A stretch of 42,808 bases of DNA from Thermofilaceae archaeon (lineage in GTDB: Archaea > Thermoproteota > Thermoprotei > Thermofilales > Thermofilaceae): the NCBI GenBank assembly GCA_038727095.1, contig JAVYWK010000017.1, positions 1 to 42,808 on the forward strand, in the 5' to 3' direction. Positions 17,715-27,225 of this stretch are shown in pieces (within the stretch, counting starts at the first letter, position 1; each line of letters opens with the position of its first letter). Under the pieces are notes generated by a model that was not told where the DNA came from, did not search any database, and saw nothing but the letters and a program-made list of their open reading frames with translations. The translations under genes and the position numbers were made by a program.

Positions 17715-19994
17715 TTGTTGGTGTCAATAGAACCCGTGGGAGGGGGTAGGCTCTTCTCCACGCTCACAGTCGTCACTGCAATGCTAGTAGCGGTAACACT
17801 GTTCCTTGTGTGGCAACACTATTATAGGGATCTAAGCCCTCGTCGAGGCGTGACAACAGGGAAAGGTGCGGGTGAGGTTCGACCCGCGAGCCTACGCGAG
17901 CTGTTGAGCTCTCTTTCGCTGGAGGAGAAGGCGAGCCTCGTCGTCGGTTGGGGTCGTTCACGTAGGCTGCCGGGATCGGCTGGCGAAACGCGGCCGGTCA
18001 GGGCCCCCTCCATCGTCACCGCCGATGGGCCCAGCGGGATCAGGATTGAACCCCAGCAGGACCGCTGGTGGTACGCGACGTCTTTCCCCGTTCCCACGAT
18101 GCTGGCTGCCACGTGGAACCCAGAGCTGGTTGAGAGGGTTGGCCGAGCAATGGGGGAGGAGGCCAGGGAGTACGGGGTCGACGTCTTCCTCGCCCCTGGA
18201 GTCAACATCCACCGTCACCCGCTCTGCGGCAGGAACTTCGAGTACTTCAGCGAGGATCCGCTCCTCAGCGGCGTCATCGGAGCGGCGTACGTCAAGGGCG
18301 TGCAGTCCGCCGGCGTGGGCGCTACGCCGAAGCACTTCGCAGCCAACGAGCAGGAAGTCAACCGGGTAATCGTTGACACCATAGTTTCTGAAAGGGCTTT
18401 ACGCGAGATCTACTTGAAGCCCTTCGAGATCATCGTGAAGGAGGCGAAACCCTGGGCGATAATGGGCGCCTACAACAAGCTGTACGGCAAGTACTGTGTG
18501 CAGAACGAGTGGCTCCTTACGAGGGTGTTGAGGGAGGAGTGGGGCTTCGAAGGCCTCGTCATGACCGACTGGGGGGCTGGCGACAACCCGGTGGAGATGA
18601 TCAAGGCGGGGACCGATTTGATCATGCCGGGGAGCGACGAGATCGTCGCGAGGCTCGTAGAGGCCGTAAGGAGGGGCGAGCTGAAAGAGGAGGATCTGGA
18701 TAGAGCCGCCGCTAAGGTTCTCGAGCTTGTGGAGAAATCGCTCACCTACAGGGGCTACAGGTACTCGAATCAGCCGGACTTGGAGGGTCACGCGAGGCTT
18801 GCCTACGAGGCTGCTGCTGAAGGTGTTGTGCTGCTCAAGAACGACGGCGGAGCACTCCCGCTGAAGGAGGGAGCTAGGCTAGCCGTATTCGGCACAGGCC
18901 AGATAGAAACAATCAAGGGCGGCATGGGGAGTGGGCATACGCACCCCAAGCACGTCGTCACGATCCTTGACGGCTTGAGGGAGCGCGGCTTTCGCGTCGA
19001 TGAGGACCTCTCCGCCCTCTACGCCAACTGCGTGAGGGAGAAGAGGGGGGAGGAGTTCCTCAAGAGGTTCTACCACTGCGAGGCGTACCCGGAGCCCCTA
19101 CCGCAGGATATCGTGAGCGAGGAGCTGGCCTCCAAGTTCGCGGAGCGAAACGATGCGGCCCTCATCATCGTAACGAGGATCTCGGGTGAAGGGTGGGACC
19201 GGAGGCCAGTGGAGGGGGACTTCTACCTGAGCTCAAGCGAGCGGCGTCTCATCGAGATGGTCTCACGCCTCTTCCGGGCTCGCGGCAAGAAGGTGATTGT
19301 GATTTTGAACGTGTGTGGGCCGGTAGAGGTGGTGAGTTGGCGCGACCTTGTTGACGCGATCCTTCTCGTCTGGCTGCCCGGCCAGGAGGCTGGGAGAGTC
19401 GTAGCAGACACACTACTCGGGAGAATCAACCCATCCGGCAAGCTACCCACAACCTTCCCGAAGGACTGGAAGGATGTCCCAGTCGCTAAATCGCCCGAGT
19501 GCTACCCCGGCCTCCCACCCGAAAACCCGCAGAAGGTTGTCTACTGCGAGGGCATCTTCGTGGGCTACCGGTACTACGACACTTTCGGTGTTGAACCGGC
19601 GTACGAGTTCGGCTACGGCCTCAGCTACACGAAGTTCGAGTACAGGAACTTAGAGATCACTAAAACTGATGGGAGTGTAATCGTCTCCTTCGAGGTCGTG
19701 AATACGGGCAGCTACCCCGGGAAGGAGGTCGCGCAGGTTTACGTCAGGGCTCCTAAGGGCAAGTTGGATAAGCCGTTCCAGGAGTTGAAGGCGTTCAAGA
19801 AGACGAGGCTGCTCAACCCGGGAGAGAGCGAGAGGATCGAGCTGGCGATCGACGTTAAATCGCTGGCCAGCTTCGATGGTAGGGAGTGGGTGGTGGAAAG
19901 CGGTGTCTACGAGGTTAGGGTTGGGTCCTCATCGAGGGATACAAGGCTGAAAGGAACGTTCACTGTGGAAGGCGAGGTTAGGTTCAAGCCTTAA
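17715..19994 (+). CDS. GH3 beta-glucosidase (BglB-like, with C-terminal FnIII domain)
   Basis: DGPSGIR, LAPGVNIHRHPLCGRNFEYFSEDP, KHFAAN, VMTDW nucleophile, SGEG acid/base, FGYGLSYT, KEVAQVY. The true start may be GTG 17850. Confidence 0.93.
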   Translation: MLVSIEPVGGGRLFSTLTVVTAMLVAVTLFLVWQHYYRDLSPRRGVTTGKGAGEVRPASLRELLSSLSLEEKASLVVGWGRSRRLPGSAGETRPVRAPSIVTADGPSGIRIEPQQDRWWYATSFPVPTMLAATWNPELVERVGRAMGEEAREYGVDVFLAPGVNIHRHPLCGRNFEYFSEDPLLSGVIGAAYVKGVQSAGVGATPKHFAANEQEVNRVIVDTIVSERALREIYLKPFEIIVKEAKPWAIMGAYNKLYGKYCVQNEWLLTRVLREEWGFEGLVMTDWGAGDNPVEMIKAGTDLIMPGSDEIVARLVEAVRRGELKEEDLDRAAAKVLELVEKSLTYRGYRYSNQPDLEGHARLAYEAAAEGVVLLKNDGGALPLKEGARLAVFGTGQIETIKGGMGSGHTHPKHVVTILDGLRERGFRVDEDLSALYANCVREKRGEEFLKRFYHCEAYPEPLPQDIVSEELASKFAERNDAALIIVTRISGEGWDRRPVEGDFYLSSSERRLIEMVSRLFRARGKKVIVILNVCGPVEVVSWRDLVDAILLVWLPGQEAGRVVADTLLGRINPSGKLPTTFPKDWKDVPVAKSPECYPGLPPENPQKVVYCEGIFVGYRYYDTFGVEPAYEFGYGLSYTKFEYRNLEITKTDGSVIVSFEVVNTGSYPGKEVAQVYVRAPKGKLDKPFQELKAFKKTRLLNPGESERIELAIDVKSLASFDGREWVVESGVYEVRVGSSSRDTRLKGTFTVEGEVRFKP

Positions 19995-19996
19995 AG

Positions 19997-21526
19997 CTAG
20001 CCGAGCACGTCGGCCAGCGCTTTGAAGTGCTCCTTCAGAGCCGGGTAGAGGGCCGTGTAGAGCCTGTAGTACTTCTCGTAGAGGGCGCTGTTAGCTGGGT
20101 TGTGCTTCACCTCGTCGCGCGTGCGGACCATTGACTTGACCGCCTCTCTCACGCTGGGGTAGGCTTTCGTTCCAACGCTCGCCAGGATGGCCGCGCCGAA
20201 GGAGGAGCCCTCGTCGACCTCCATCGTGTACACGTCGCAGGCGTACACGTCCGCTAGGATCTGCCTCCAGAGAGCGCTGCGCGCGCCGCCGCCTAGCACC
20301 CGCACTTCACGAGGCTTAATGCCTAGAGCCTTCATCAGCTCCAGTGAATCCCTCAAGCCGTAGCACACGCCCTCAAGGATGGCCCTAACCATGTGCTGCC
20401 TGCCGTGCTTCAGGGAGAGGCCGAAGAAGACGCCCCTAGCGTAGGGGTCGGCGTGCGGCGTGCGCTCCCCAGCGAGGTAGGGTAGGAAGATGAGGCCCTC
20501 CGAGCCCGGTGGAGCCTGCTCCGCCTCTCTGGTTAGGAGCTCGTAGGGGTCCACGCCGAGTAGATCCGCCAACCCCCTTTCGAGCTGGCCCAGCTTATCC
20601 CTGAACCACCTGAAGCTGCCGCCAGCCGACAGCATCACCCCCATCAGGTGCCATGCGCCGGGGACGGCGTGGCAGAAGGCGTGAAGCCTGCCCTTCGGGT
20701 CGTAGCGGTAGCTGTCGCTGTGGGTGAAGACAACCCCGGAGGTCCCGATGTTCACCGAGACGATCCCCTCCTCCACTACGCCCGCGCCGACGCCCGCGGC
20801 GCCCTGATCCCCCGCTCCGGCGACCACCAGTGTACCCTTCCTCAACCCCGTCGCTTCGCCGGCCTCCGAAGTCACCTCCCCCCTGACCTCCGGTGACTCG
20901 AGTACCTCAGGCAGCGCTTCGCTGGGTATGTTGAGCTCTTCAACCAGCTCGTACGACCAGCGCCTACTCTTCACGTCGAAGAGCGACGTACCCGAGGCGT
21001 CGTTGACGTCCGTCCTAACCTCGCCGGTCAGCTTGAAGCCAACGTAGTCCTTAGGCAGCATGAACTTACGCATCCTCGCGAAGTTCTGGGGCTCGTGCCT
21101 CTTCACCCAGAGGAGCTTGGGCGCGGTGAAGCCGGTGTGGGCTATGTTGCCCGTTATAGCGATGATCCTGTCGAGCCCGATCTTCGAGTTGATGTAGGCG
21201 GCCTCCTCCCCCGTCCGCTGATCGTTCCAGAGGATCGCTGGCCTGATCACCTTGAAGCTCTCGTCGAGCATCACGAGGCCGTGCATCTGGCCGGTGAGCC
21301 CAACGCCCTCAACGTCCTCCGGCTTCGCGCGGGCTTTCTCCAGGACAGCGCGGATCGATTGGACGGTTGCAGCCCACCAATCCTCCGGGTTCTGCTCAGT
21401 CCAACCGACCCTAGGCGTGTACAGAGGGTACTCCGTCGTGTGCGAAGCGATCACGCGCCCCCGCTCATCAATGAGGAGGACCTTGGATCCAGTCGTCCCC
21501 ACGTCAATCCCCATAAATAGCGGCAT
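19997..21526 (-). CDS. xylB: Xylulokinase (FGGY family)
   Basis: GIDVGTTGSK, GLTGQMHG, ILWNDQRT, GFTAPKLLW, DASGT, GAGDQ, GTSGV, HAFCHAVPG, PYLAGERTP. Confidence 0.9.
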   Translation of the reverse strand: MPLFMGIDVGTTGSKVLLIDERGRVIASHTTEYPLYTPRVGWTEQNPEDWWAATVQSIRAVLEKARAKPEDVEGVGLTGQMHGLVMLDESFKVIRPAILWNDQRTGEEAAYINSKIGLDRIIAITGNIAHTGFTAPKLLWVKRHEPQNFARMRKFMLPKDYVGFKLTGEVRTDVNDASGTSLFDVKSRRWSYELVEELNIPSEALPEVLESPEVRGEVTSEAGEATGLRKGTLVVAGAGDQGAAGVGAGVVEEGIVSVNIGTSGVVFTHSDSYRYDPKGRLHAFCHAVPGAWHLMGVMLSAGGSFRWFRDKLGQLERGLADLLGVDPYELLTREAEQAPPGSEGLIFLPYLAGERTPHADPYARGVFFGLSLKHGRQHMVRAILEGVCYGLRDSLELMKALGIKPREVRVLGGGARSALWRQILADVYACDVYTMEVDEGSSFGAAILASVGTKAYPSVREAVKSMVRTRDEVKHNPANSALYEKYYRLYTALYPALKEHFKALADVLG

Positions 21527-21600
21527 ATCACCCCCTAGATGGCTTAAAGAGGTCGTAATTATAGGTTAAGGTCTATATATCGAGCTTCTAGGGTGGTTGC

Positions 21601-22320
21601 GTGCGTAGGCCGCTGCTCTCGGGCTCGATCCTCGACGCGGACTTCGCCGAACTGCTGCGGCACGTGGAGGCTGCCATAAGGGGTGGAGTGGATCTGCTTC
21701 ACTTCGACGTGGCGGACACGAGCTTCGCACCCACGGTCAGCTTCGGGCCCCGCGTGGCCGCTTGCCTCCTCAGGAGGGTGAAAGTACCTGGTGAAGCGCA
21801 CATCATGGTGAAAGACCCCGACCCGCTGATCCGCCAGCTCTCCGAGGCGGGGGTCTCCAGGGTCTACCTCCACGCTGAGGCTTCGCGATCGCCCTTCCGC
21901 CTCCTCGCCAGTGTGAGGGATCTCGGTCTCGAGCCTGCGATCGCGCTGAACCCGGTCACGAGCGTGGGCTCCGTGGAGCTCCTGCTCCCCGAAGTCTCCG
22001 CAGTCCTCGTGCTCCTCGTGGAGCCCGGCCTCGGTGGGCAGAAGATGTTGAGGAGCGCTCTGAGGAAGGTTGCTCAGCTGAGGGAGCTGAGGGAGAGGGA
22101 GGGGTACGGCTACCTGATCGCCGCTGACGGGGGCATTAAAGCTGAGAACGTCGGGGACGTCGTGAGGGCGGGGGCCGACATCGTGGTTGTGGGCTCCGCC
22201 ATCTTCGCGAGCGGGGATCCGGAGGCGGCAGCGAGGGAGGTAAAGGCAAGGATGCTAGAGCACGTAGGCGGGGCCCCAGTGGATCTCGGCCGTGAACGCC
22301 CTCGCCCCCAGCCCCCTTAG
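21601..22320 (+). CDS. rpe: Ribulose-phosphate 3-epimerase
   Basis: SILDADF, LHFDVAD, EAHIMV, ALNPVT, VEPGLGGQ, DGGIK, VVGSAIF; metal ligands are present. Confidence 0.9.
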   Translation: MRRPLLSGSILDADFAELLRHVEAAIRGGVDLLHFDVADTSFAPTVSFGPRVAACLLRRVKVPGEAHIMVKDPDPLIRQLSEAGVSRVYLHAEASRSPFRLLASVRDLGLEPAIALNPVTSVGSVELLLPEVSAVLVLLVEPGLGGQKMLRSALRKVAQLRELREREGYGYLIAADGGIKAENVGDVVRAGADIVVVGSAIFASGDPEAAAREVKARMLEHVGGAPVDLGRERPRPQPP

Positions 22321-23157
22321 CGCTTCCTCGACATCCCCGGCCACGTCGGGGTCCGCCAGCGCGAAGACCGTTTCCCCGATCATCGCCTGCGAGGCTGCGA
22401 GAGCACCGGCAGCTTCAGCGGCCTCTACAGCCCTACGCACCCGCTCAGTCATGAAGCCGGCCTGCTCCGCGAAGCTCCTCGAGCACTGCATGAACCTCTC
22501 GATTGTTGGTTCGCGCAGCAGGTCGGCTAAGGCCCTCAACCCCAGCAGGTTGACCCGAGAAAGATCCCTCCTCAGTACCTCGCGCTTGCTGATCGACGCG
22601 TAGAAGCCCACCACCACGCGCAGGCTCGAGTCGGCCACGAGCCTCACGACGGCGTCGTAGCCCGGTGCGCCGGGCCTCACGACGGCAACAGCGCCCCCCA
22701 CGGCCAGCCCTGATACGGTGCCGAGCCCGGTCCCCTCCTCTACCTCGGCGGCGTGAGCCTCGCGAGCCAGCTCGAGGAAGCTCAGCTTCGTTCCCAGAGC
22801 CCTCCCGACCGCTAGAGCCGTGGCCAAAGCACTGGCTCCGCTGGAGCCCAAGCCGCCCCCCATCGGCACCATCACCTCCTGCTCTACCACAACCCTGTAG
22901 CGCCCATCGAGGCCAGCCCTCCTCGCGACCCTTTCGAAGACCCTCCTCGCCAAGCCCAGCTCGGACTTCTCGCCGTTCAAGTAGCACTCGAAACGAGCCT
23001 CCTCACCCTCCTCCTCCACCTTAACCGTCACTTTCACACCGCGCGAGAGAGCTAGGCCAGCGCCGCGCGCCCCCTTCCTGTAAACGTCCTGTGGAGCGGT
23101 GTGAGCGGAGAAAAGCCCGGAGAGGCCTGCGGGCGAGAAGGCTTGGGCTACTCTCAC
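22255..23157 (-). CDS. Pantoate kinase-like GHMP kinase
   Basis: AFSPAGLSGLF, GARGAGLAL, PMGGGLGSSGA, AHAAEVEEGTGLGTV, PGAPG, SQAMIGETVF match the archaeal PoK pattern. Confidence 0.85.
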   Translation of the reverse strand: MRVAQAFSPAGLSGLFSAHTAPQDVYRKGARGAGLALSRGVKVTVKVEEEGEEARFECYLNGEKSELGLARRVFERVARRAGLDGRYRVVVEQEVMVPMGGGLGSSGASALATALAVGRALGTKLSFLELAREAHAAEVEEGTGLGTVSGLAVGGAVAVVRPGAPGYDAVVRLVADSSLRVVVGFYASISKREVLRRDLSRVNLLGLRALADLLREPTIERFMQCSRSFAEQAGFMTERVRRAVEAAEAAGALAASQAMIGETVFALADPDVAGDVEEALRGLGARAFTAEIHWGPAYVL

Positions 23158-23867
23158 TCGCTCTTCACCGCCGGCAGCACCCTACTCGCGGCCCGGGCGA
23201 TCGGTGGGACGAGCGCGACCATGAAAGGTATTTCCGTTACGTAGACCCACAGGAACCAGAGGAGGGCTGCGGCCAGCGGCAGGTTCACTCCGCCGCCCGG
23301 GAGGACGAAGAACTGGCTGAACGCGTAGACACCGAGCCCGATGATCGCGGACCCGAGGATCAGGCCGGTGCTACAGGAGAAGGTGATGAGCGGGTAGCGG
23401 CCGCCCCCGAAGGCTAGGGTGAAGGCGATCGACGCGGCCATCCCGATGAAGTAGGCCATTGCGACCGGCCACTCCAGCAGCCCGGCGAGCCAAGCAGCGG
23501 CAACGAGGGCGGTGACCCCCACCTCCTCGAGGAGCGCTGCAACCAGCCACCTCCTGCCCTCCCTCAACCTGCGGTGTAGGTAGCCGACAACGTAGAAGCA
23601 GAGGAAGTTCGCGGGGACGCCGACCGTCAAGCTAAGCAGGGCGTTTCCGTGGATCAGCATGTCGCTGATGAAGATGCCGATGGCTGCGCCAAGCCCGCCC
23701 ACCAGCTCCCCGAAGAGCACGGCGAAGAGAGCCGGCACGAACACCGAGGGCCAGAAGCGGACGACGCCTATCGCCGGGGCGAAGAGGCCCAAGTAGCTGG
23801 CGTAGCCCAGGGCCGCGTATAGCGCGGCGTTCAGGGACGTGAGAGCTACGAGCTGGCTCGGCCTCAC
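23154..23867 (-). CDS. ECF transporter S-component-like membrane protein
   Basis: N-terminal AALYAAL motif, VRFWPSV, GAAIGIFISD; multiple TM helices; GTGA overlap with the kinase gene. Confidence 0.75.
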   Translation of the reverse strand: MRPSQLVALTSLNAALYAALGYASYLGLFAPAIGVVRFWPSVFVPALFAVLFGELVGGLGAAIGIFISDMLIHGNALLSLTVGVPANFLCFYVVGYLHRRLREGRRWLVAALLEEVGVTALVAAAWLAGLLEWPVAMAYFIGMAASIAFTLAFGGGRYPLITFSCSTGLILGSAIIGLGVYAFSQFFVLPGGGVNLPLAAALLWFLWVYVTEIPFMVALVPPIARAASRVLPAVKSE

Positions 23868-23912
23868 GGGCGGAGCTGGAGGAATGCTCCTTAAGGTTTA
23901 AGTTATAGAAGT

Positions 23913-24788
23913 TTGAACAGTTTAGCTGGAGCAGTGGAGCCCGAAGCTGCGGAAGGCGTAAATGCCTGGTTTCCGCGCCCTAACGTGGTGCAGGTGGGCA
24001 GCGCCGCCGTCTTAAGGGTTAAGCCGTCGGTAGCGGGGTTCGCGAGGAAGTACGCGCTCGCCCTAACCCCCGTCTACACCCTCCTCCTGTCGGGTTGGCT
24101 TGCTGAGTTCATCGCTTCGCGGGTCGCTGCCGTACCGCGGCTGCTCCCGGGCGCTCTAGCCCCCCTCCTAGCCTTCGCGGCCTTCGTCGTGGGCTGGGTT
24201 CTGCGGAGCCCGGAGGCGGCCGCCTCCTCCCTCCTCTCCCTCCTCCTACCGGTCGTGCTGGTGCTAGCCGAGGGAGGCACTGTGGGCGTGCTCGTCGAAA
24301 GGTTCCTGGAGCAGTACCCGCTCGGGGCTCTGGCGGCGAGCCTTGCCACGCTCGCGGCGGTCGAGGTGAGGAGGAGGTCGATCAGCTACGAAGTTTCGGA
24401 AGCGGGCGTGTCGATCAAGTCGGGCGTGTGGAGGAGGCAGGAGCAGACGATCCCCTACAGCTCGATCGGTCGGATCGTCATGGAGCAGAGCCTGCTGGGC
24501 AGGGTCTTCGACTACGGGACGATCATCGTGGTGAGCGCGGCGGAGTGGGGGGCGGAGTACTACACCCGCGCTGTGGGGGTTGGAGCCGGTAGGGCCCCCG
24601 TCGCTGTAGCCTACGCGAGGACGCTGAAGGAGGTTAGCAGGGACCCCGGGAAGTGCCTGTACGGAGTCCGGAGGCCAAGGGCCGTGAGGGATGCGATCGA
24701 ATCCAGGCTGCGCGAGACACTGGGGGCTGAGCTGGAGCAGGTTCGCCTGCTCAGGGAGCTGAGGGATAAGCTCGCCGGAGCCGATTGA
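23913..24788 (+). CDS. Membrane protein with bacterial PH (bPH_2/YdbT-like) domain
   Basis: Four TM helices, then YEVSEAGVSIKSGVW...IPYSSI...QSLLGRVFDYGTI. The start may be GTG 23934. Confidence 0.75.
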   Translation: MNSLAGAVEPEAAEGVNAWFPRPNVVQVGSAAVLRVKPSVAGFARKYALALTPVYTLLLSGWLAEFIASRVAAVPRLLPGALAPLLAFAAFVVGWVLRSPEAAASSLLSLLLPVVLVLAEGGTVGVLVERFLEQYPLGALAASLATLAAVEVRRRSISYEVSEAGVSIKSGVWRRQEQTIPYSSIGRIVMEQSLLGRVFDYGTIIVVSAAEWGAEYYTRAVGVGAGRAPVAVAYARTLKEVSRDPGKCLYGVRRPRAVRDAIESRLRETLGAELEQVRLLRELRDKLAGAD

Positions 24789-25728
24789 GGAAGCTGAAGC
24801 GCGCCCCCCGCTGCTCGGCGAACTTCTCCACCTCCTCAAGCCTCGGCAGCCCCGCTTGCGCGCCCCTCTTCGTCACCTTCAGCGATGCGACGAGGTTGCC
24901 GAAGGTGGCCGCCTTATCGATGGAAGCCCCGAGCGAGAGGGCCACAGCGAGAGCCCCGTTGAACGCGTCACCCGCGCCAACAGTGTCAACCACGGGCACG
25001 TCGAAGGTCGGCACGAGCCGGGAGCCGCTGCCATCAACGACCAAGGCCCCCCTCTTACCCATCGTCACTACGACGGCGCCCACCCCCCTTTCCAGGAGCA
25101 GGTGGGCTGCCTCCACCGCGTCCTCGACCGACTCGACGCTTGCCCCGGTCAATGCCTCCAGCTCCCTCACGTTCGGCGTGATCACGTCGATGCACGAGAA
25201 CGCGTCCTCCGGGAGGGGTTTCGCCGGGGCGGGGTTGAGGATGGCCAACCGACCCCACTGCTTCGCCAGCCTCATCGCCCTCAGCGCGGTCTCGACGGGG
25301 ATCTCCAGCTGCGCGAGCACCGCGTCCGCGGACCGTATCGCGGGTAAAGCGGCCTCCACGTCCCCCGGTGAGATCCTGAGGTCGACGCCGGGGGCCACTG
25401 CGATCACGTTCTCGCCGCGCTCCCCAACGATTATCAAGGCGACGCCGCTGTGCGACTCCGGGTCCACCCGGACGTGCGAGGTATCGACCCCGTTCCTCGC
25501 AGCGTTCTCGAGCAGCAGCCTCCCAACGTAGTCGTCCCCCACCCTGCTGACCAGGGAGCTTCGAGCCCCCAACCGGGCGGCTGCCACCGCCTGGTTAGCG
25601 CCCTTCCCACCCGGCTGCATCTCGAAGCCCCTGCCGATGACCGTCTCGCCCGGCTTCGGGAGACGGTCGGTGTAGACGATGAAGTCCATGTGCATGGTCC
25701 CCACGACGCAGATCGAAGGTTCAGCCAC
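24751..25728 (-). CDS. rbsK: Ribokinase (PfkB family)
   Basis: PKPGETVIG, GGKGANQAVAAARLG, QLEIP, LNPAPA, DTVGAGDAF. Confidence 0.92.
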   Translation of the reverse strand: MAEPSICVVGTMHMDFIVYTDRLPKPGETVIGRGFEMQPGGKGANQAVAAARLGARSSLVSRVGDDYVGRLLLENAARNGVDTSHVRVDPESHSGVALIIVGERGENVIAVAPGVDLRISPGDVEAALPAIRSADAVLAQLEIPVETALRAMRLAKQWGRLAILNPAPAKPLPEDAFSCIDVITPNVRELEALTGASVESVEDAVEAAHLLLERGVGAVVVTMGKRGALVVDGSGSRLVPTFDVPVVDTVGAGDAFNGALAVALSLGASIDKAATFGNLVASLKVTKRGAQAGLPRLEEVEKFAEQRGARFSFLNRLRRAYPSAP

Positions 25729-25766
25729 GGTTGAAGCGGGCCTCCGAGGTAAATAACTGTGCTCCA

Positions 25767-25807
25767 GCTCTTATGAGCTAAAGTTTTATACTCTGGAGTA
25801 TTATACT
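25767..25807 (+). promoter_or_regulatory. ATPase promoter with overlapping palindromic operator
   Basis: TTTTATA at 25784-25790 overlaps the perfect inverted repeat ATACTC-tg-GAGTAT (25788-25801). A second inverted repeat, AGCTC-ttat-GAGCT, is at 25767-25780. Confidence 0.55.
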
Positions 25808-25814
25808 TCACAGT

Positions 25815-27206
25815 ATGATCTTCGTCGATAGGGAGAGCGAGCTGGGGGTGCTGGAGCAGGCCTACTCGAGCGGCCGGAGCGAGCTGGTGGTGATCTACGG
25901 GAGGCGGAGGATAGGGAAGACGTTCCTCCTCTCCCTCTTCCTCAAGCGGAAGGGTGGGGTCTACCTGTGCGTCAACCACGAGGAGAGGGACCTGGCGTTG
26001 AGGGATCTCGCCGAGCAGCTGTCAGAGCAAGCGGTGCTACCTTACCCTCCGAAGCTGGAGAGCTTCAGGGATCTCTACGAGGTGCTGGCCTCCCTGAACG
26101 TCAGGCTCATCGTCATCGACGAGTTCCAGCGGCTTCTGAAGGCGGGCGGTTTGACGGAGCTGCAGCACGCCTGGGACGCGAGGCTCTCGAGGAGCAACGT
26201 GCTGCTCGTGCTCTCGGGCTCAGCCGTCGGGGTCGCTGAGAGAGTCGCCACCTCACCCTCCTCCCCCATCTTCGGCAGGGCAACGAGGGTGGTGAAGCTG
26301 GGAGAGCTCAGCTACTCAGCCGTGAGAGCCTTCCTCCCCAGCTACAGCGAGGAGGACAGGGTGAGGAGCTACGCCGTCTTCGGAGGAGTGCCGGGCTACC
26401 TGTCCCGCCTCTCCCCGAACCGAACCCTTCTGGAGAACGTTGAGGAGCTCGTGCTCAAGCCGGGGGCGCCACTAAGGGAGGAGCCGCTCATCCTGCTCAA
26501 GCTGGAGCTGCGCAACCCCTCCAGGTACGCTGAGATCCTCCGGGCGGTCGCGGAGGGGGCGACCCAGTTCGGCGAGATCGCCGATAGGGCGGGGTTGAAG
26601 GTGGTGGAGCTCCCGAAGTACCTGAGGGTGCTCGAGGAAGACTTGAACCTCATCGAGAGGAGGTACCCTCTCCTCGAGGAGGGTAGGAGGGGTAGGGCCC
26701 GCTACCACCTCCGAGACCACTTCACTCGCTTCTGGTTCAAAGCGGTCTACCCCAACAGGGTCCTACTGGAGCTAGGCCTCTACGACCGTGTCTCCCAGCA
26801 GCTACCCCCTCTCATCGACCAGCTGGCGGCGCAAGCCTTCGAAGAAGTGGCGCACCAGCACTTCGCCCTACTGGCGAGGAGGGGCCTAGTGAGCTTCACT
26901 CGGGTCGGGAGGTGGTGGATGGGCGATGTGGAGATCGACCTCGTCGCCGTAGACGAGAGGGGCTCGACGGCGTACTTCGGGGGGGTGAAGTGGTCGAAAA
27001 CACCCCTCGATAAGCGCGTGCTCTACAAGCTGGAGGAGAAGGCGGAGGAGTTCGCCTGGAGGAGGGGGGAGAGGAGGGAGGTCTACGTGCTCTACAGCAG
27101 AGCCGGCTTCACGTTCCAGCCCGAGGAGGGCGTGCACCTCTACTCGCTGGAGGACATCTCCAGAGACTTCGAGGCGGAGAAGCCGAGCATCACCGTGCTC
27201 GGTTAG
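25815..27206 (+). CDS. Archaeal AAA ATPase with wHTH and C-terminal DUF234 (PD-(D/E)xK-like) domain
   Basis: FVDRESEL, Walker A GRRRIGKT, Walker B IVIDEFQ, GGVPGYL, DHFTRFWF, GRWW...EIDLVA...VKW. Confidence 0.9.
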   Translation: MIFVDRESELGVLEQAYSSGRSELVVIYGRRRIGKTFLLSLFLKRKGGVYLCVNHEERDLALRDLAEQLSEQAVLPYPPKLESFRDLYEVLASLNVRLIVIDEFQRLLKAGGLTELQHAWDARLSRSNVLLVLSGSAVGVAERVATSPSSPIFGRATRVVKLGELSYSAVRAFLPSYSEEDRVRSYAVFGGVPGYLSRLSPNRTLLENVEELVLKPGAPLREEPLILLKLELRNPSRYAEILRAVAEGATQFGEIADRAGLKVVELPKYLRVLEEDLNLIERRYPLLEEGRRGRARYHLRDHFTRFWFKAVYPNRVLLELGLYDRVSQQLPPLIDQLAAQAFEEVAHQHFALLARRGLVSFTRVGRWWMGDVEIDLVAVDERGSTAYFGGVKWSKTPLDKRVLYKLEEKAEEFAWRRGERREVYVLYSRAGFTFQPEEGVHLYSLEDISRDFEAEKPSITVLG

Positions 27207-27225
27207 CGCGGAAAGCTGAGGCGGG

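Noticed and set aside
22255-22320. Convergent 3' overlaps (rpe/kinase 66 bp; also 24751-24788)
   Set aside because: Common in compact archaeal genomes; the extensions are non-conserved-looking tails.
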